Below, piece after piece: positions 1-13,477 of a stretch of 64,000 bases of DNA. The position numbers and the translations under genes were made by a program. Each line of letters opens with the position of its first letter. The stretch's first letter is position 1. The DNA is taken from positions 50,406,001 to 50,470,000 of the forward strand of contig OX597818.1 of assembly GCA_951406725.2 (NCBI GenBank), in the 5' to 3' direction. The DNA is from Octopus vulgaris. Taxonomy: Eukaryota. The notes under the pieces were generated by a model. That model was not told where the DNA came from and ran no database searches. It saw only the letters and a program-made list of their open reading frames with translations.

Positions 1-176
1 TCCCTATTTAAGTAGTAACGAGTTTATTTCAGATATTCTCTGTTTAGTAATCATCTCCGGCTGATCGTTGGCGGAGGTTTGCGCTCTCTGAGTGCTCTTA
101 TTGTTTCTAAATATCCTGTTTGACAAACAAGCTGGCTTTTGTTTAACCCTCTCTTCACCCCTCTCTCCACGGTGCG
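1..176 (-). repeat. Dispersed repeat, reverse complement of 13478-13653 (continues beyond the window start)
   Basis: Near-identical reverse complement; ORFs 4..285(-) and 13393..13650(+) share the same translated text. Confidence 0.85.
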
Positions 177-191
177 TATATCTGTGTGTGA

Positions 192-242
<51 letters not shown>

Positions 243-449
243 TATATATATATATATGTATGTATGTATGTTCGCTCAACATCAATAGCCAACAGCAACA
301 GCAGCAGCAACAACAACAAAATCAAGGTCACAAGGCCATCCATCCTCACCTCCACTAATATCTCCGCCGTCAACACCGACACTACCACCACGGCGGTTTC
401 TGCCTCTACTACAGCTGCTTTCTCTGCTACCGACACCACCACCACCACC

Positions 450-496
<47 letters not shown>

Positions 497-2026
497 AACC
501 AAGGTCGCCAGACCATCCACCATCACCGCCACCAAAGACTCTTAACTGAAGAAGGTTCAAATCTACGCCTGAATATACCTCAACACATCATAGACACCAC
601 TCAAAAGACAACAATATTATACAAAATTTTAAACGTAAAAATACGCAGATCAGAGCAAGCACCACCAGAACTCATTGAAAAATGTTTACGCCCGATATGG
701 GCATGTAAAAACTATGTAAATTGGTGGAACAAATATGTCACAGTACAGGTTCGCTTCGATAGCGAAGAAAAAGCGAAAGAACTTTCGACGCTCACCCTAC
801 AGTCGGAAAAACTGATTTTAATTCCGACCTACATTGGTCAACGTCTGACAAAATTTTCGATAAAAAATATCCCTCCAGAAGTAGAGTCACAATGGCTGTT
901 GTCAGCCATTTGCTACAACATGGAGGAGAACATAAATATTTTGAATTTGCCGCCTTGGAGCAACAGAATTGGTCGGGGAAAATGATTCAGTTATTGATGC
1001 AAATAGATCAAAACCAAATCAGTAGCATTCCACACCAAATTGAGCTGCCAGACGGCAATAACCTTCACGTGGTGGTAGACGGTAGGAGGCCCCGCTGTTA
1101 CTTGTGTAGCGAGGAACACCTAAGAAGTGATTGCCCAACAGCAAAAAATAAAACAACAAAATCCAGAACAACAACAACCACAACAAAGAAAAAGGGAAAA
1201 GAAAAAAGAACCCTTACTACCCACACCACTATCAACACAGAAGACAAGCAAAGGGAGTACAACAAAAGAAACACAAACAAAACACGCCAACGCCAACAAA
1301 TGAACATATACCAACACCCGGAAAAAACACCAACAACAACTAAAGAAACTGAAAAACCAGAAGAAAACATAAAAACTTACACCCCAACCCCTTGATCACA
1401 TACAACACACAGAAACAGCCAACAACCAGCACCAACGAAAACAGCAACACAACCACTTACACAAACTACCATAGAAGCCCACAACATGCCCCTACCTCCG
1501 TCCGATTCCTCAGAAATTTCGTCGGAGGACGAAACCAGCGAAGAATGGCAAAAGGCCAGAAAAGGAAGGAGGAAAAGGAGCAGAAAAACAACCAAACCAA
1601 ATGCTAACACTAACAAAGCAGGGGGATATACATTTCCCGAAGACATTTCGAAACCCACCACAAACAACAACAACAACACCAATACCGCAAAAATATATAC
1701 AGCAAACATGCTCACAGCTATAGACACTAAAAACACAAATTTGATTGAATACATCAAATGAAAAACAAACATAGCAGAAGATGACATAAAAACAATCACC
1801 CATACACAACACCACCGGAGCACATCAAAATACTACACATATCCAGAAGTCTACACCACACACTAAAATGCATTTTCCCCAGTGCGGTTGGTAAATGCCA
1901 AAAATACCTCACGAAGAAACTTTACTGGAATTTCCTCGACGACAAACCAAAGGAGGAGAAAGCAAAAACTTTCGAGCAGTTAGTAACCCTCTGTTCCTTT
2001 CGCTTGTGTTTTAATTCACTAAGATT

Positions 2027-3040
2027 ATGATCAAGATTTGTTGTGTGAATGCGCGTGGCTTGGGGTCCCCTTGGAAACAAGGGTACCTTTTAAATGACAT
2101 AAAGTCATACAAGTTTGAAATTATAGCCATAATGGAGACCAGACTCCACAATCTGCGGGCCCTAAAGACCATGTTTGGCGGACATATTAACATTTATTTT
2201 CCCCACTGCCTGCCGAGAATGGGCCGTAGTGGCACTGCAGTACTTTTTCGCAAGAGTCTGGATCTCAAAGTAAAGACAATATTCGTAGACCCGGAGGGTA
2301 GACTGGATGTCGATGGCAGCAATGGGTGCACTTTTCGACTCGCATCAGTCTGCGCACCGCCTTTAACAGGTCGGGCGGATTTCTTTTGACTTCTAGAAGT
2401 ATTCCTAGGAACGTCTCGTCCTCTACTTTTAGTGGGGGGTTGGAATGATACCTTAGACACTCATGTAGACTACGTGGGTAGAGATAGGAATAGACGGGGG
2501 TGCAAATGCCTCAGAGACCTGCTCAGACGCTTTCAACTGTCTGACAGGTACCGACTCGACCACCCGAATGCGCCAACGTGGACATGGAGCAACCGCATCG
2601 GTTCGTCGAGATCGTATCTAGATAGGATACTGTGCAGTAGATAGAGATAGCGTAGGATGTCCACAATTCCACATAGTCAGCTACACGGATCACAAACTTG
2701 TGACATGTACGCTTGACTTAGGTAAGACACATAGGCAGGGTCCCGAGTACTGGAAACTAAACGCGTCTTTCCCATAGAGACAGGTTTTCAGAGACCGGAT
2801 TAGCACACTAGTAAAGAGGGCTTTGACGGGAGCTATCATCAACAACAAATGGTGTTTTGTCCTCAAGAGAACAATAAAAGTAGAAGCGATTAGGTTTAGC
2901 AAAGCACTAGCTACTCTCACTTTCCTTTTCAAGTGATACTTGAAGAAGTTGATGAGAGATTGACAAGAGAGGAAAGCGTTTGTTTCTAATCCTTTCAGAC
3001 GCGTTCACCAGATACATTCTGTCGCCATAGCCACAAGTAT

Positions 3041-3114
<74 letters not shown>

Positions 3115-5632
3115 AACAGAGTAGAGGGTGTGCTAGTTAAGAAGCTAGACGAGGTAATTAGAAGCGACATCGCATCCGGTATTTTGGCGGCGAGGTTGGC
3201 CCTCGACCAACACTTCAACGCGAAGGGTGTGTTGTCAGAGCTGGGATGCGTGCTCTAAGAAACGAATGTACTGGAGCCGCGCGAAAGGCCTGGGTGGCAG
3301 AGGTGCAACAGGGCAACAAAGTCACCATTCGGTCTCTGGTAGATGAACAGGAGCACGAATTACTCGAGCCAAGTAAAATGTGTGAGGTCTTTCAACAGCA
3401 TTTTTCCCGATTGTTCGGGATGAGTGGTGGGCAAGAAGGTAGGGTGGACTTCAGTGCCTACCTATACAGTCTGTCACGATTCTCGACAAGAGAGGCATGG
3501 CGCTGCGAAGGTGCTATCACGGCGGTGGAAGTGCGGGACGTGATGGCAGAATGCTCGAGGGACAAATCGCCGGGTTTGGATGGTCTACCCTACGAGCTTT
3601 ACAGTTCTATGCCATACTTGTTTGGAGACGTCTTGGCAGCGGTGTATTGCAACTGACAGCAAAACGGGAGCATCCCTGGTTTTTTGAGCCGAGGAGCCGT
3701 AACACTGCTGAAGAAAAATCTAAACAAGGGGGACGTAATAGATAACTTTAGGCCCATCGCTCTGCTTAATGCAGACTTGAAACTTTTGGCCAGGTGTTAG
3801 CCAAGAGGTTGGCGTTTGTCATCGAGAAACTGGTCGACAAAGCGCAAACATGCGCCGTGCAGGGCCGGAGCATCCATGACAACCACTATCTGATGCGCTA
3901 CATCATAGACAGGGTAGTTAAGGAACCTGGCATGGGTAGAGCCCTGATCAATTTGGATCAATTGAAAGCTTTCGATAGGGTAGACCATCGATACTTGGAG
4001 GCTGTCCTCAGAGCGGCTAGTTTCGGTTCCGTCTTCTGCGGTTGGATAGCTGCTTTGTACAGAGGTATCCGTTCGGTAATTCACGTAAATGGACATCTAT
4101 CGAGACCTTTCGACATTGCACGTTCGGTCCGTCAGGGATGCCCCCCTCTCGTCGCTTCTATACGTATTGACTCTCGAGCCATTACTGCGGAAGCTGGCGA
4201 CTCTGAGGGGCATCCCGCGAGAATTGGGATGCGGGACGAGCGTGTCTGCATACGCAGACGACGTCACCGTCATAGTGTCTAGCCACGAGCACATCGAGCT
4301 GGTCGGTGAGACACTGCAAGACTACAAAGCGGTGACAGGAGCGAAAATCAACGGGGAAAAGTCAGTGGGCTTGCGGCTCGGCACCTGGAGAAGCAAGCCC
4401 ATGCCGTCCACCAGTGCCTCCGTCGTGGGACGCTGGACCGACGGTCCGGTCGAGTTGCTCGGTCTGGTTTGGTCCGGACCTCGAAATTGAGAATATCTGG
4501 AACGAGATAACGAGTATGGTGGTCACTCTCGCCCGGCAATGGGCCGAGAGGAAACTGTCCCTAAAAGGTCGGGTGGAGGTGGCGAACACGTACAAAGTGT
4601 CCGTCATCTACTACCGCCTGACCGTCGTGCCTTGTCCCGACCCTACCATCACCAAACTGGAACGCATTCTCTTCCGCTTCTTCTGGAAAGGATGCGTGCC
4701 GATGGTCTGGCGATCCAGTTGCTGTCAACACCCGTTAAAAGGAGGACTGGGCATGCCATGGTTGATGATGCGCAGACACGCGCTGAGACTGCGACATCTC
4801 CGGCTGTACGTAGACGACGGTGAACAGGTGTGGTCGCCGTTTGTGAGGGACGCTTTCCCGCAACTCGTCTCCATGACCGAACTGCAGTCGTGGATCAAAA
4901 AGAGGCCGAGGAAAGACGAATGGCACCGCGAGTGTCGCATTGCTCTCAAGCAACTATGCCATCCCGAGTCGACCTTGAGTGACTTCAACACAACCAAAGC
5001 ATTATATAGGGGATTAGTGGAGGGGAGATACGACGACGTGCTCGGGGCGAACCTGGGCGTCGACGAGGAATACCTGACCCGCCTGTTCAGGACGACTTTC
5101 GGGCCAGGACCTATGGACAACTTCCAGAGATCCCTGGTCTGGCAGTGCTACCGAGAAGCGCTACCCGTTCGGGATAAGCTCTACATACACGGCTCAAGAA
5201 ACACGGGGCCCACCTGCTCGAGATGCGGTCAGAGCGACGAACCGTTCTGCACACACTCGTACAGTGTCCAACAATTTCCGACCTGTGGGCTTATGTCGAA
5301 CGACTGCAGTCACGTGTGAGACGAGTCGATTTATCAGCCGAGTCTATCGTCAATATCGTCACGCCTCCTTCCTTCAAACGGGAAGGAAGAGCTACTTTCG
5401 TCATACTTGTGGCTATGGCGAAAGAATGTATCTGGTGAACGCGTCTGAAAGGATTAGAAACAAACACTTTCCTCTCTGGTCAATCTCTCATCAACTTCTT
5501 CAAGTATCACTTGAAAAGGAAAGTGAGAGTAGAGAGGGAAGTTTTGTCTAGCGAATGTTTCAAAATAATGATGGGTGAATGTAGCAAGGATGGCACGTAT
5601 GAATGACGACGCCACCTTGAGCATAATCTTAT
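2027..5632 (+). pseudogene. Disrupted Tx1/L1 ORF2 (endonuclease-reverse transcriptase)
   Basis: Fragments 2027-2389, 2432-2644, 3246-3656, 3794-4282, 4089-4490, 4414-5319, 5223-5438 are collinear in alternating frames. Confidence 0.9.
2911..3113 (-). mobile_element. Antisense fragment of the same Tx1 3' region plus (GATA)n, inserted in ORF2
   Basis: 2911-3042 is the reverse complement of about 5401-5532; (GATA)n follows to 3113 and ORF2 then resumes. Confidence 0.85.
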
Positions 5633-5679
5633 GAACCCGGAAAAATTTAAAACAGAGAGTTACTTACTTGCAAAGAAAC

Positions 5680-5970
5680 ATATATATATATATATATATA
5701 TATACAGAGAGAGAGAGGGGGAGAGATAGATAGATAAGTAGGTAGGTAGCTAAACAGATAGATAGATAGATAGACAGACAGAGAGATAGATAGGTAGGTA
5801 GATAGGTAGATAGGTAGGTGGGTAGATAGATAGGTAGATAGATACGTAGGTATGTAGGTTGGTAGGTAGGTTCGTTGGTTGGTAGATAGATAGGTAGGTA
5901 GGTAGGTAGGTAGGTAGGTAGGTAGGTAGGTAGGTTGGTAGGTAGGTAGGTAGATAGATAGATAGATAGA
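5680..5970. repeat. Compound microsatellite (TA)n/(GA)n/(GATA)n/(GGTA)n
   Basis: Direct reading. Confidence 0.95.
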
Positions 5971-6511
5971 GAGATTTCTTTATTGGCCACACAGGGCTAG
6001 ACGCAGAGGGGACAATTACAATGTACAGTTTTTCTTTTCTCTGGGGAGGAGGTGTGAAATAAAAAAAAACAATAAAAATAGGGACAACGATCAAAAGGGA
6101 TCGAAATCGTTGGGGATATATGCAAAAAAAATGTCGAAATAGTATAAAAAGTTCCCAAGAAATGGGGAGGTTTATCTGTGGAAAGAAAAACCATCGAAAA
6201 GACCACAGTAACCTCGGGCAATTGGGTCACATATTAACATATATATTTACAAATAAGTAACTCTCTGTTTTAAATTTTTACGGTTCATAGGATCATGCTC
6301 AAGGTGGCTTTGTCATTCATACGTGCCATCCTTGCTACATTTACTCATTTTTTTTTAAACAGTCGCTTGACAAAAATTCCCTCGCTACTCTCACCTTCCT
6401 TTTCAAGTGATACTTGAAGAAGTCGATGAGAGATTGACAAGAGAGGAAAGTGTTTGTTTCTAATCCTTTCAGACGCGTTCACCAAATACATTCTTTCGCC
6501 ATAGCCACAAT

Positions 6512-6512
<1 letters not shown>
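5971..6512 (-). mobile_element. 5'-truncated Tx1 copy with 3' UTR, flanked on both sides by (GATA)n
   Basis: About 6245-6510 is the reverse complement of about 5405-5675; the minus strand ends ...GGCCAATAAAGAAATC(TCTA)n. Confidence 0.85.
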
Positions 6513-6557
<45 letters not shown>

Positions 6558-6558
6558 G

Positions 6559-6608
<50 letters not shown>

Positions 6609-7011
6609 GAGGGAGAGAAAAATACCCGTATATCAACCATCATACAACACCTTGATTTATTGGCATTATCTCCTCTTGGGAAACGTTTCACAATTGCCAA
6701 ATGGCAATTGAGTCCAGCGCCATCTGAGAAGAAAAGGCGATAAGCTCAAGAGTCAAGAACTCCCTAAAACTGACTGCCACTAAGGAAAACGACGGGTTTA
6801 TTGTCTGAAGATAGCCGTACGATGGTGGATACATGTTTCTGCCTCAACAACCGTCATCAGTGCAACAACTGTCCGACTTCATCACCAATATAGATGTGGA
6901 ATTATACAAAACAGCTAATGTCTAAACTGCAAGGAAAGATTCTTGTCCTTTGGATAGAAAACAGCTCTTTCCACTTTGATGAGAAATTCCAATAATAAAA
7001 TAACGAACGAA

Positions 7012-8283
7012 TTTACATACATACACACATACATACATACATACATACATACATACATACATACATACGTACGTACATACACATACATACATACATACGT
7101 ACATACATACATACATACATACATACATACATACATACATACATACATACGTACATACGTACATACGTACATACATACATACATACATACATACATACAT
7201 ACATACATACATACGTACATACGTACATACATGCATACATACATACATACATACATACATACATACATACATACGTACATACGTACATACGTACATACAT
7301 ACATACGTACATACGTACATACGTACATACTTACATATATACATACATACATACGTACGTACATACATACATACATACATACATGCATACATACATACAT
7401 ACATACATACATACGTACATACGTACATCCATCCATCCATCCATCCATACATACATACATACATACATACATACATACGTACATACATACATACATACAT
7501 ACATACATGCATACATACATACATACATACATACATACATACGTACATACATACATACATATATACGTACATACATACATACATACATACATACGTACAT
7601 ACATACATACATACATACATACATACATACATACGTACATACGTACATACATACGTACATACGTACATACATACATACATACATACATGCACACATACAT
7701 ACATACGTACATACATACATACATACATACATACATACATACATACATACATACATACATACATACATACATACATACATACATACATACATACATACAT
7801 ACATACATACATACATACATACATACATACATGCATGCATGCATGCATACATACATACATACATACATACATACATACATACATACATGCATGCATGCAT
7901 GCATACATGCATACATACATACATACATACATACATACATACATACATACATACATACATACATACATACATGCATACATACATACATGCATACATACAT
8001 ACATACATGCATGCATGCATACATACATACATACATACATACATACATACATACGTACATACATACATACATACATACATACATGCATGCATACATACAT
8101 ACATACATACATACATACATACATACATACATACATACATACATACATACATACATACATACATACATGCATGCATGCATACATACATACATACATACAT
8201 ACATACATACATACGTACGTACATACATACATACGTACATACGTACATACATACATACATGCATACATACATACGTACGTACA

Positions 8284-8317
<34 letters not shown>

Positions 8318-8322
8318 CATAC
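7012..8322. repeat. About 1.3 kb (TACA)n microsatellite with TACG/TGCA/TCCA variants
   Basis: Direct reading; source of the MYVC/HTYI pseudo-ORFs. Confidence 0.98.
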
Positions 8323-8652
8323 ACACGAACATATATAACCATATGTACTTGTACTGTCTCGCTGTTTCTGAAGCAAAGTGGAAAGATTACGTCGATGGTT
8401 AACCAGGTCAAAATATCGATACGTCTTATGGAAAACTAACAGACTCATTGTGGTCGGTCTATTTTTTCGAAATAGCAGCCAAATCTCCTTGAAATGTCAC
8501 CGTATTACTTGAAAAGGGAAAAATTAAAACAGCTTGCATTGTTCTAACAGTATCGAGTGGTCACAGCAGGAATGCATTTGATAATAGCTCTGCTCAATCA
8601 GGGTTCATCTGGAACTAAATAACAACATCGCTACCAAATGCAAGCAAATGGA

Positions 8653-9035
8653 TGGAAGCACTCCGTCGGTTCCGACGACGAGGGTTCCGGTTGATCCGAT
8701 CAACGGAACAGCCTGCTCGTGAAATTAACGTGTAAGTGGTTCAGCACTCCACAGACACGTGTACCCTTAACGTAGTTCTCGGGGATATTCAGCATGACAC
8801 AGAGAGTGACAAGGCCGGCCCTTTGAAATACAGGTACAACAGAAACAGGAAGTAAGAGTGAGAGAAATTTGTGGTGAAAGAGTACAGCAGGGATCACCAC
8901 CATCCCCTGCCGGAGCCTCGTGGAGCTTTTAGGTGTTTTCGCTCAATAAACGCACACATCACCCGGTCTGGAAATCGAAACCGCGATCGTATGACCGCGA
9001 GTCCGCTGCCCTAACCACTGGGCCATTGCGCCTCT
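8653..9035 (-). mobile_element. tRNA-derived SINE, family A
   Basis: Reverse complement of 13064-13444; A-box-like TGGCCCAGTGG and B-box-like GGTTTCGATT. Confidence 0.85.
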
Positions 9036-9242
9036 ACTGCAAGCAAATACAAACAGTACCAAAGGTTTTATGAAAGCTTATCGGTTATTTCTATTATTAG
9101 CTTCTCCTCTAACTCTATAAAACAAAAAATTATATATGTAAAGGGACGAACCCATAACCTAAATCGATAACGTAATGTCAGTGTGCTCGTTGCCCCCTTT
9201 CTCCAACATATAAACACAACCACCCTGTTTACAAACACAAAT

Positions 9243-9426
9243 TATCGTATTTTAACGTGTATAAGGAACCCTTTTTTGTCAAAAAATTAGGTTCAAAAGG
9301 TATGGAAGTTCCTTATAATTGGATAGTATTATAATCCCTTACAAAACCTTTTTTCTAAATTTTAAGCACCCATAATTCGGGGGTCCCTTTTACACGAAGG
9401 TTTCTTTTAGACGTTAAAATACGGTA
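9243..9426. mobile_element. Tc1/pogo-type MITE
   Basis: About 28-bp imperfect TIRs TATCGTATTTTAACGTGTATAAGGAACC / GGTTTCTTTTAGACGTTAAAATACGGTA. Confidence 0.6.
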
Positions 9427-9838
9427 GCCATATTTCAATGGATGAACGACGGGAACGGCCTTCACTGCTGATGGAATCTCTAAAGAAGTGGTCCCACACC
9501 CATTTGGTGTGTACCCGGCCATAAACTCCCCCTACTAATGAGTTTTACTTCCGTTTGTATAGAAATTAGGTTCAAAAGGCATGGAAGTTCCTTATAAATG
9601 GATACTATTATGATCCCTTACAAAACCCTTTTTCCAAATTTTAAGCACCCAAAATTCGGGGGTCCCTTTTACACGAAGGTTTCTTTTAGACGTTAAAATA
9701 TGGTAGCCATATTTCAACGGATGAACGACGGGAACGGCCTTCACTGCTGATGGAATCTCTGAAGAAGTGGTCCCACACCCATTTGGTGTGTACCCGGCCA
9801 TAAACTCCCCCTACTAATGAGTTTCACTTCTGTTTGTA
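9284..9838. repeat. Tandem duplication of an about 280-bp unit
   Basis: AAATTAGGTTCAAAAGG... starts at about 9284 and again at about 9563, near-identical. Confidence 0.9.
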
Positions 9839-10225
9839 CCTCGAAGGAAGTCCAGCCTTTAAAGTTATGTTAACGCAGTTCGGCTCGGAAGTGATTCATA
9901 TTTTTGTTCATACACTATCAGTAATGTTACCATTAACCAGAATCTCCCTTTCAGTATCATCTCTGTGGTGTAATAATACTTAGGTGCGTTGTTATTTAAC
10001 GCAGATTTAACTGAATAAGACGAAAGACGTTCTGGCCGTGATCATCCCGCCCATTTAGAGTGAATGGACGATTTTTGAGAGTAACGCTTCACTTTCATAT
10101 TGTAAAATATGCTAGTATCATTTTGTTTGACAGCCGGCAAAGAGTTTTACTTTCATCGTTATATAGAAATTAGTTTGTTGTATTATAAACTGCAGTGTTT
10201 TCACTTTTGTTACAGAGGCTAGCTT

Positions 10226-10280
<55 letters not shown>

Positions 10281-10285
10281 TTATT

Positions 10286-10400
10286 ATATAGAAGGAGCTT
10301 CTACAGGACTAGAACTGTTTCATTCAAGAGAAATCATCAGGAAGCTTCCTGATGATTTCTCTTGAAACAGTTCTAGTCCTGTAGAAGCTCCTTCTATATA
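10286..10400. repeat. Near-perfect palindrome of a hammerhead-like element end
   Basis: Arms TATATAGAAGGAGCTTCTACAGGACTAGAACTGTTTC... centred on GGAAGCTTCC; a single arm recurs at about 31751-31885. Confidence 0.85.
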
Positions 10401-10472
10401 ATAAATTAATTTTACTCTGCTATGTATTGAGTACCTTATTTACTGTGGTTAACCCCGAATCAACCCGGGACC

Positions 10473-10516
<44 letters not shown>

Positions 10517-10546
10517 TCAAAATAAAAACATGATGCGAAGGATTCA

Positions 10547-10624
10547 GCGGTACATATGTTTCGGGCCTTTATTAGACAGATTTATAACAATGCATAATGT
10601 ATGTCTGTGGCCTTCTTCAGCCGC
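10547..10624 (-). ncRNA. Type I hammerhead-ribozyme-like motif
   Basis: gcgg-CTGAAGA-aggcc...ggccc-GAAA-catatg-TA-ccgc; palindromic stem III, A.C mismatch at the base of stem II. Confidence 0.7.
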
Positions 10625-11379
10625 GCACAACAGCTTCCACAAGGACATGTGTTACATCAAAAATTCTTGGTTGGGGATGCAAATCCTCTCATTCGCGTAC
10701 GACATAATGCGGCAGCAGCATAGAATTGAAGCGTCCATCTCTTTCTTCTCTCAATGTAGAATGAGGAAATTTGGATGTTGAAGTAATGTAAATAAATAAA
10801 TACATATATAGACGTGAAGATGGAGGGGCGAGAATTCAGGACGAGGGATAAAAAATGTATAAAAAGTGTAAGTATAGAAAAATATAAAAATGTAGAGCAT
10901 AAAGATATAAAGAGATATAAGGAGATGTAAAGGGGGTATAAAGAATATAAAGAAATATAAAGAAATATAAATAAATGTAAAGGCATAAGGTTATAAAGTA
11001 AAAATAGAAATAGAAATAAAAGTAAAAAGTAAAAAAATAAAGATAGGAATAAACATGATAAAAATGTAAAAAAATATAAAGATAAGGGATGTATAGAGGT
11101 TACGGACCAAACATGGTGGTCAGGAGATTGATAAAATTTAGTTGTAGAAGTTTTGGGTGTCAATAAATCAACAGTTTCGTCTGGGGACCTAATGTGTTGT
11201 AAATCAGAGCTGTTGAGCGTTTAATCTGGTTCTTTGAATTAATTGGTCATCTAGTACATACATACCATCATGGATACATACACCCATATACACGCGTACA
11301 TATACGACTCCAAGCCTATAAGCGTACACACGCACTCGCGTGTAAACATGTACATAAACACACACACACCCACACGCAT

Positions 11380-11650
11380 ATATATATCACGTGATCACGT
11401 GACCGACCAGACCATCAGATGTTGTTACACATCGCTGGTCACAATGCGTTCGCATTGTTTTTAGCCTTCGAATGACGCCACCCCGCTATCTAAGCGAGCA
11501 GGCAAACAGAAGAAAGAGTGGGAGAAAGAGTGGTGAAAGAGTACAGCAGGGATCACCACCCCCTGCCGGAGCCTCGTGGAGCTTTTAGGTGTTTTCGCTC
11601 AATAAACACACACAACGCCCGGTCTGGGAATCGAAACCGCGATCCTGCGA
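11380..11650 (-). mobile_element. Partial or chimeric SINE (family A related)
   Basis: 11515-11645 matches 8855-8985. Confidence 0.65.
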
Positions 11651-11835
11651 CAACTGACGAAGGGGAATATTCTTTATGCTGTATGTCTCGTTTCTCTGTT
11701 TTTTTCGTTGTTCGAAAAAAAAGTTCGTTTCTATGTTTTTGCTTTTATGCTTTCGTTTGTCATTGTGTTCAACGTTTTTTTATGTCCTGTACCCATATAT
11801 GCATGTATATACACATATATATGTATATATGCATA

Positions 11836-11876
<41 letters not shown>

Positions 11877-11881
<5 letters not shown>

Positions 11882-12900
11882 CAAAATAAGCAACAAGAAT
11901 GACTCCGGTAATTTGGTACAATCGTTTCGTACTACATTTTATTAAATGTTGTAAGTATTACACCAGATTTAAGATGCTGAGTACTCATCAGCCAATTATA
12001 GAAGGTTTTCCATTAATACAAAAGTTTTAAAATCAAGTGGCAACATTATAGAGAAGGTAGATACACAGACAAAGATGTGGATTTAAATTTTAAGAACATA
12101 TGAGGTAGTGAAGTCCTTCCACTAACTGGCCAAGATATGGCTGTTCCTAACTGCTGTAAGGTTGGAAGTAATAAAGATTATTTTAATTGTAGAAATGGGG
12201 TAAAGGAGGTTTCAGAACACCATAAAAGGAATTCATGTTGAAGACAGCAATTGCCACTAACAAATGCCAATTACTGCTATTTGGTGAGAGAAACTAGGTC
12301 AATATCAAATGGTCTTAATCCCATTTACAGAGAGTGTAATTTAGAGAAAAAAGGGGAAAAAAACCTATCACTTATTATTATGAGTAGGCACAGTATTTTT
12401 AACTGGGGGAAAGCCTTATTAATTTTAAAGCTAGATTAAATTTAGAAAAAATTCCAATTTCAAGTTTGTAGTGAAGTTTTTTTTAGTCATCTATGAATGT
12501 TAAATTGAAAGCTAGTATAGTATATCTTTTATTATTTGATTATAAAGAATTAAAATTTGAAAAATATAGGAATACTCACAAAATTATTATTTAAAGTATT
12601 TAAACGTTCTGGTTGTGCAATGTATACAAGATTCTCCCAACTCCAGACGATTATTCAACAGATTTGTATTACTCTGATGTTTTAAAATTTCATAAGTTTC
12701 CATAGACAAAGTTGACAACCATCACTACTATTTCTATAAGGTTGCACCCTTCTAACTATATCCCATTTTAGGTTGAATTCTATATTATTAATATAGATTA
12801 TAGATTATAATCACCCCACAGATTTTTATGGACAACACCATACAAAATTCTGGTGCATCTAAATTAAGTACCATATTCATTTGAATCTAAATTTTTGCTG
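11877..12900 (-). mobile_element. 5'-truncated Penelope-like (Naiad-type) element end
   Basis: The minus strand encodes IEFNLKWDIV...CQLCL...LLNNRLELGESCIH, similar to the C-terminus of ORF 50585-52906; ends in a hammerhead near (TA)n. Confidence 0.75.
11913..11995 (-). ncRNA. Type I hammerhead ribozyme
   Basis: ttgg-CTGATGA-gtact...agtac-GAAA-cgattg-TA-ccaa. Confidence 0.8.
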
Positions 12901-12976
12901 AACTTATATATATATATATATATATACACTCTCACACACACACACATATATGCATATATTTATATATTATTCATAT

Positions 12977-13063
<87 letters not shown>

Positions 13064-13065
<2 letters not shown>

Positions 13066-13444
13066 AGGCGCAATGGCCCAGTAGTTAGGGCAGCGGACTC
13101 GCGGTCATACGATCGCGGTTTCGATTCCCAGACCGGGCGTTGTGAGTGTTTATTGAGCGAAACCACCTAAAGCTCCACGAGGCTCCGGCAGGGGATGGTG
13201 GTGATCCCTGCTGTACTCTTTCACCACAACTTTCTCTCACTCTTACTTCCTATTTCTGTTGTACCTGTATTTCAAAGGGCCGGCCTTGTCACTCTCTGTT
13301 CACGCCGAATATCCCCGAGAACTACGTTAAGGGTACACGTGTCTGTGGAGTCTCAGCCACTTACACGTTAATTTCACGAGCAGGCTGTTCCGTTGATTCG
13401 GATCAGCCGGAACCCTCGTCGTCGTAACCGACGGAGTGCTTCCA
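13064..13444 (+). mobile_element. tRNA-derived SINE, family A (full length)
   Basis: Head GGAGGCGCAATGGCCCAGTAGTTAGGGCAGCGG...GGTTTCGATTCCC; multiple copies in the window. Confidence 0.88.
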
Positions 13445-13477
13445 CATATATATATACACTCACACACACGCGCGCGC

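Larger units (their letters stand above)
250..5680 (+). mobile_element. Degenerate Tx1/L1-clade non-LTR retrotransposon (ORF1 with zinc knuckle; ORF2 with APE endonuclease, RT and C-terminal Cys motif)
   Basis: ORF1 CYLCSEEHLRSDC knuckle; APE motifs NARGL, MET, GGWND, SYLDR, TDH; RT motifs KSPGLDGLPYE, KAFDRVDH, SVRQGCP, YADD; many stops and frameshifts. Confidence 0.92.

Noticed and set aside
155-560. Poly-Thr/Asn/Val/Leu ORFs
   Set aside because: Trinucleotide runs in the low-complexity 5' part of the Tx1 element; not separate genes.
6915-8448. ORFs of 330-508 aa (MYVC/HTYI repeats)
   Set aside because: Translations of a stop-free (TACA)n microsatellite.
13064-13135. tRNA gene
   Set aside because: The tRNA-like head continues into a multi-copy SINE body; no complete cloverleaf.
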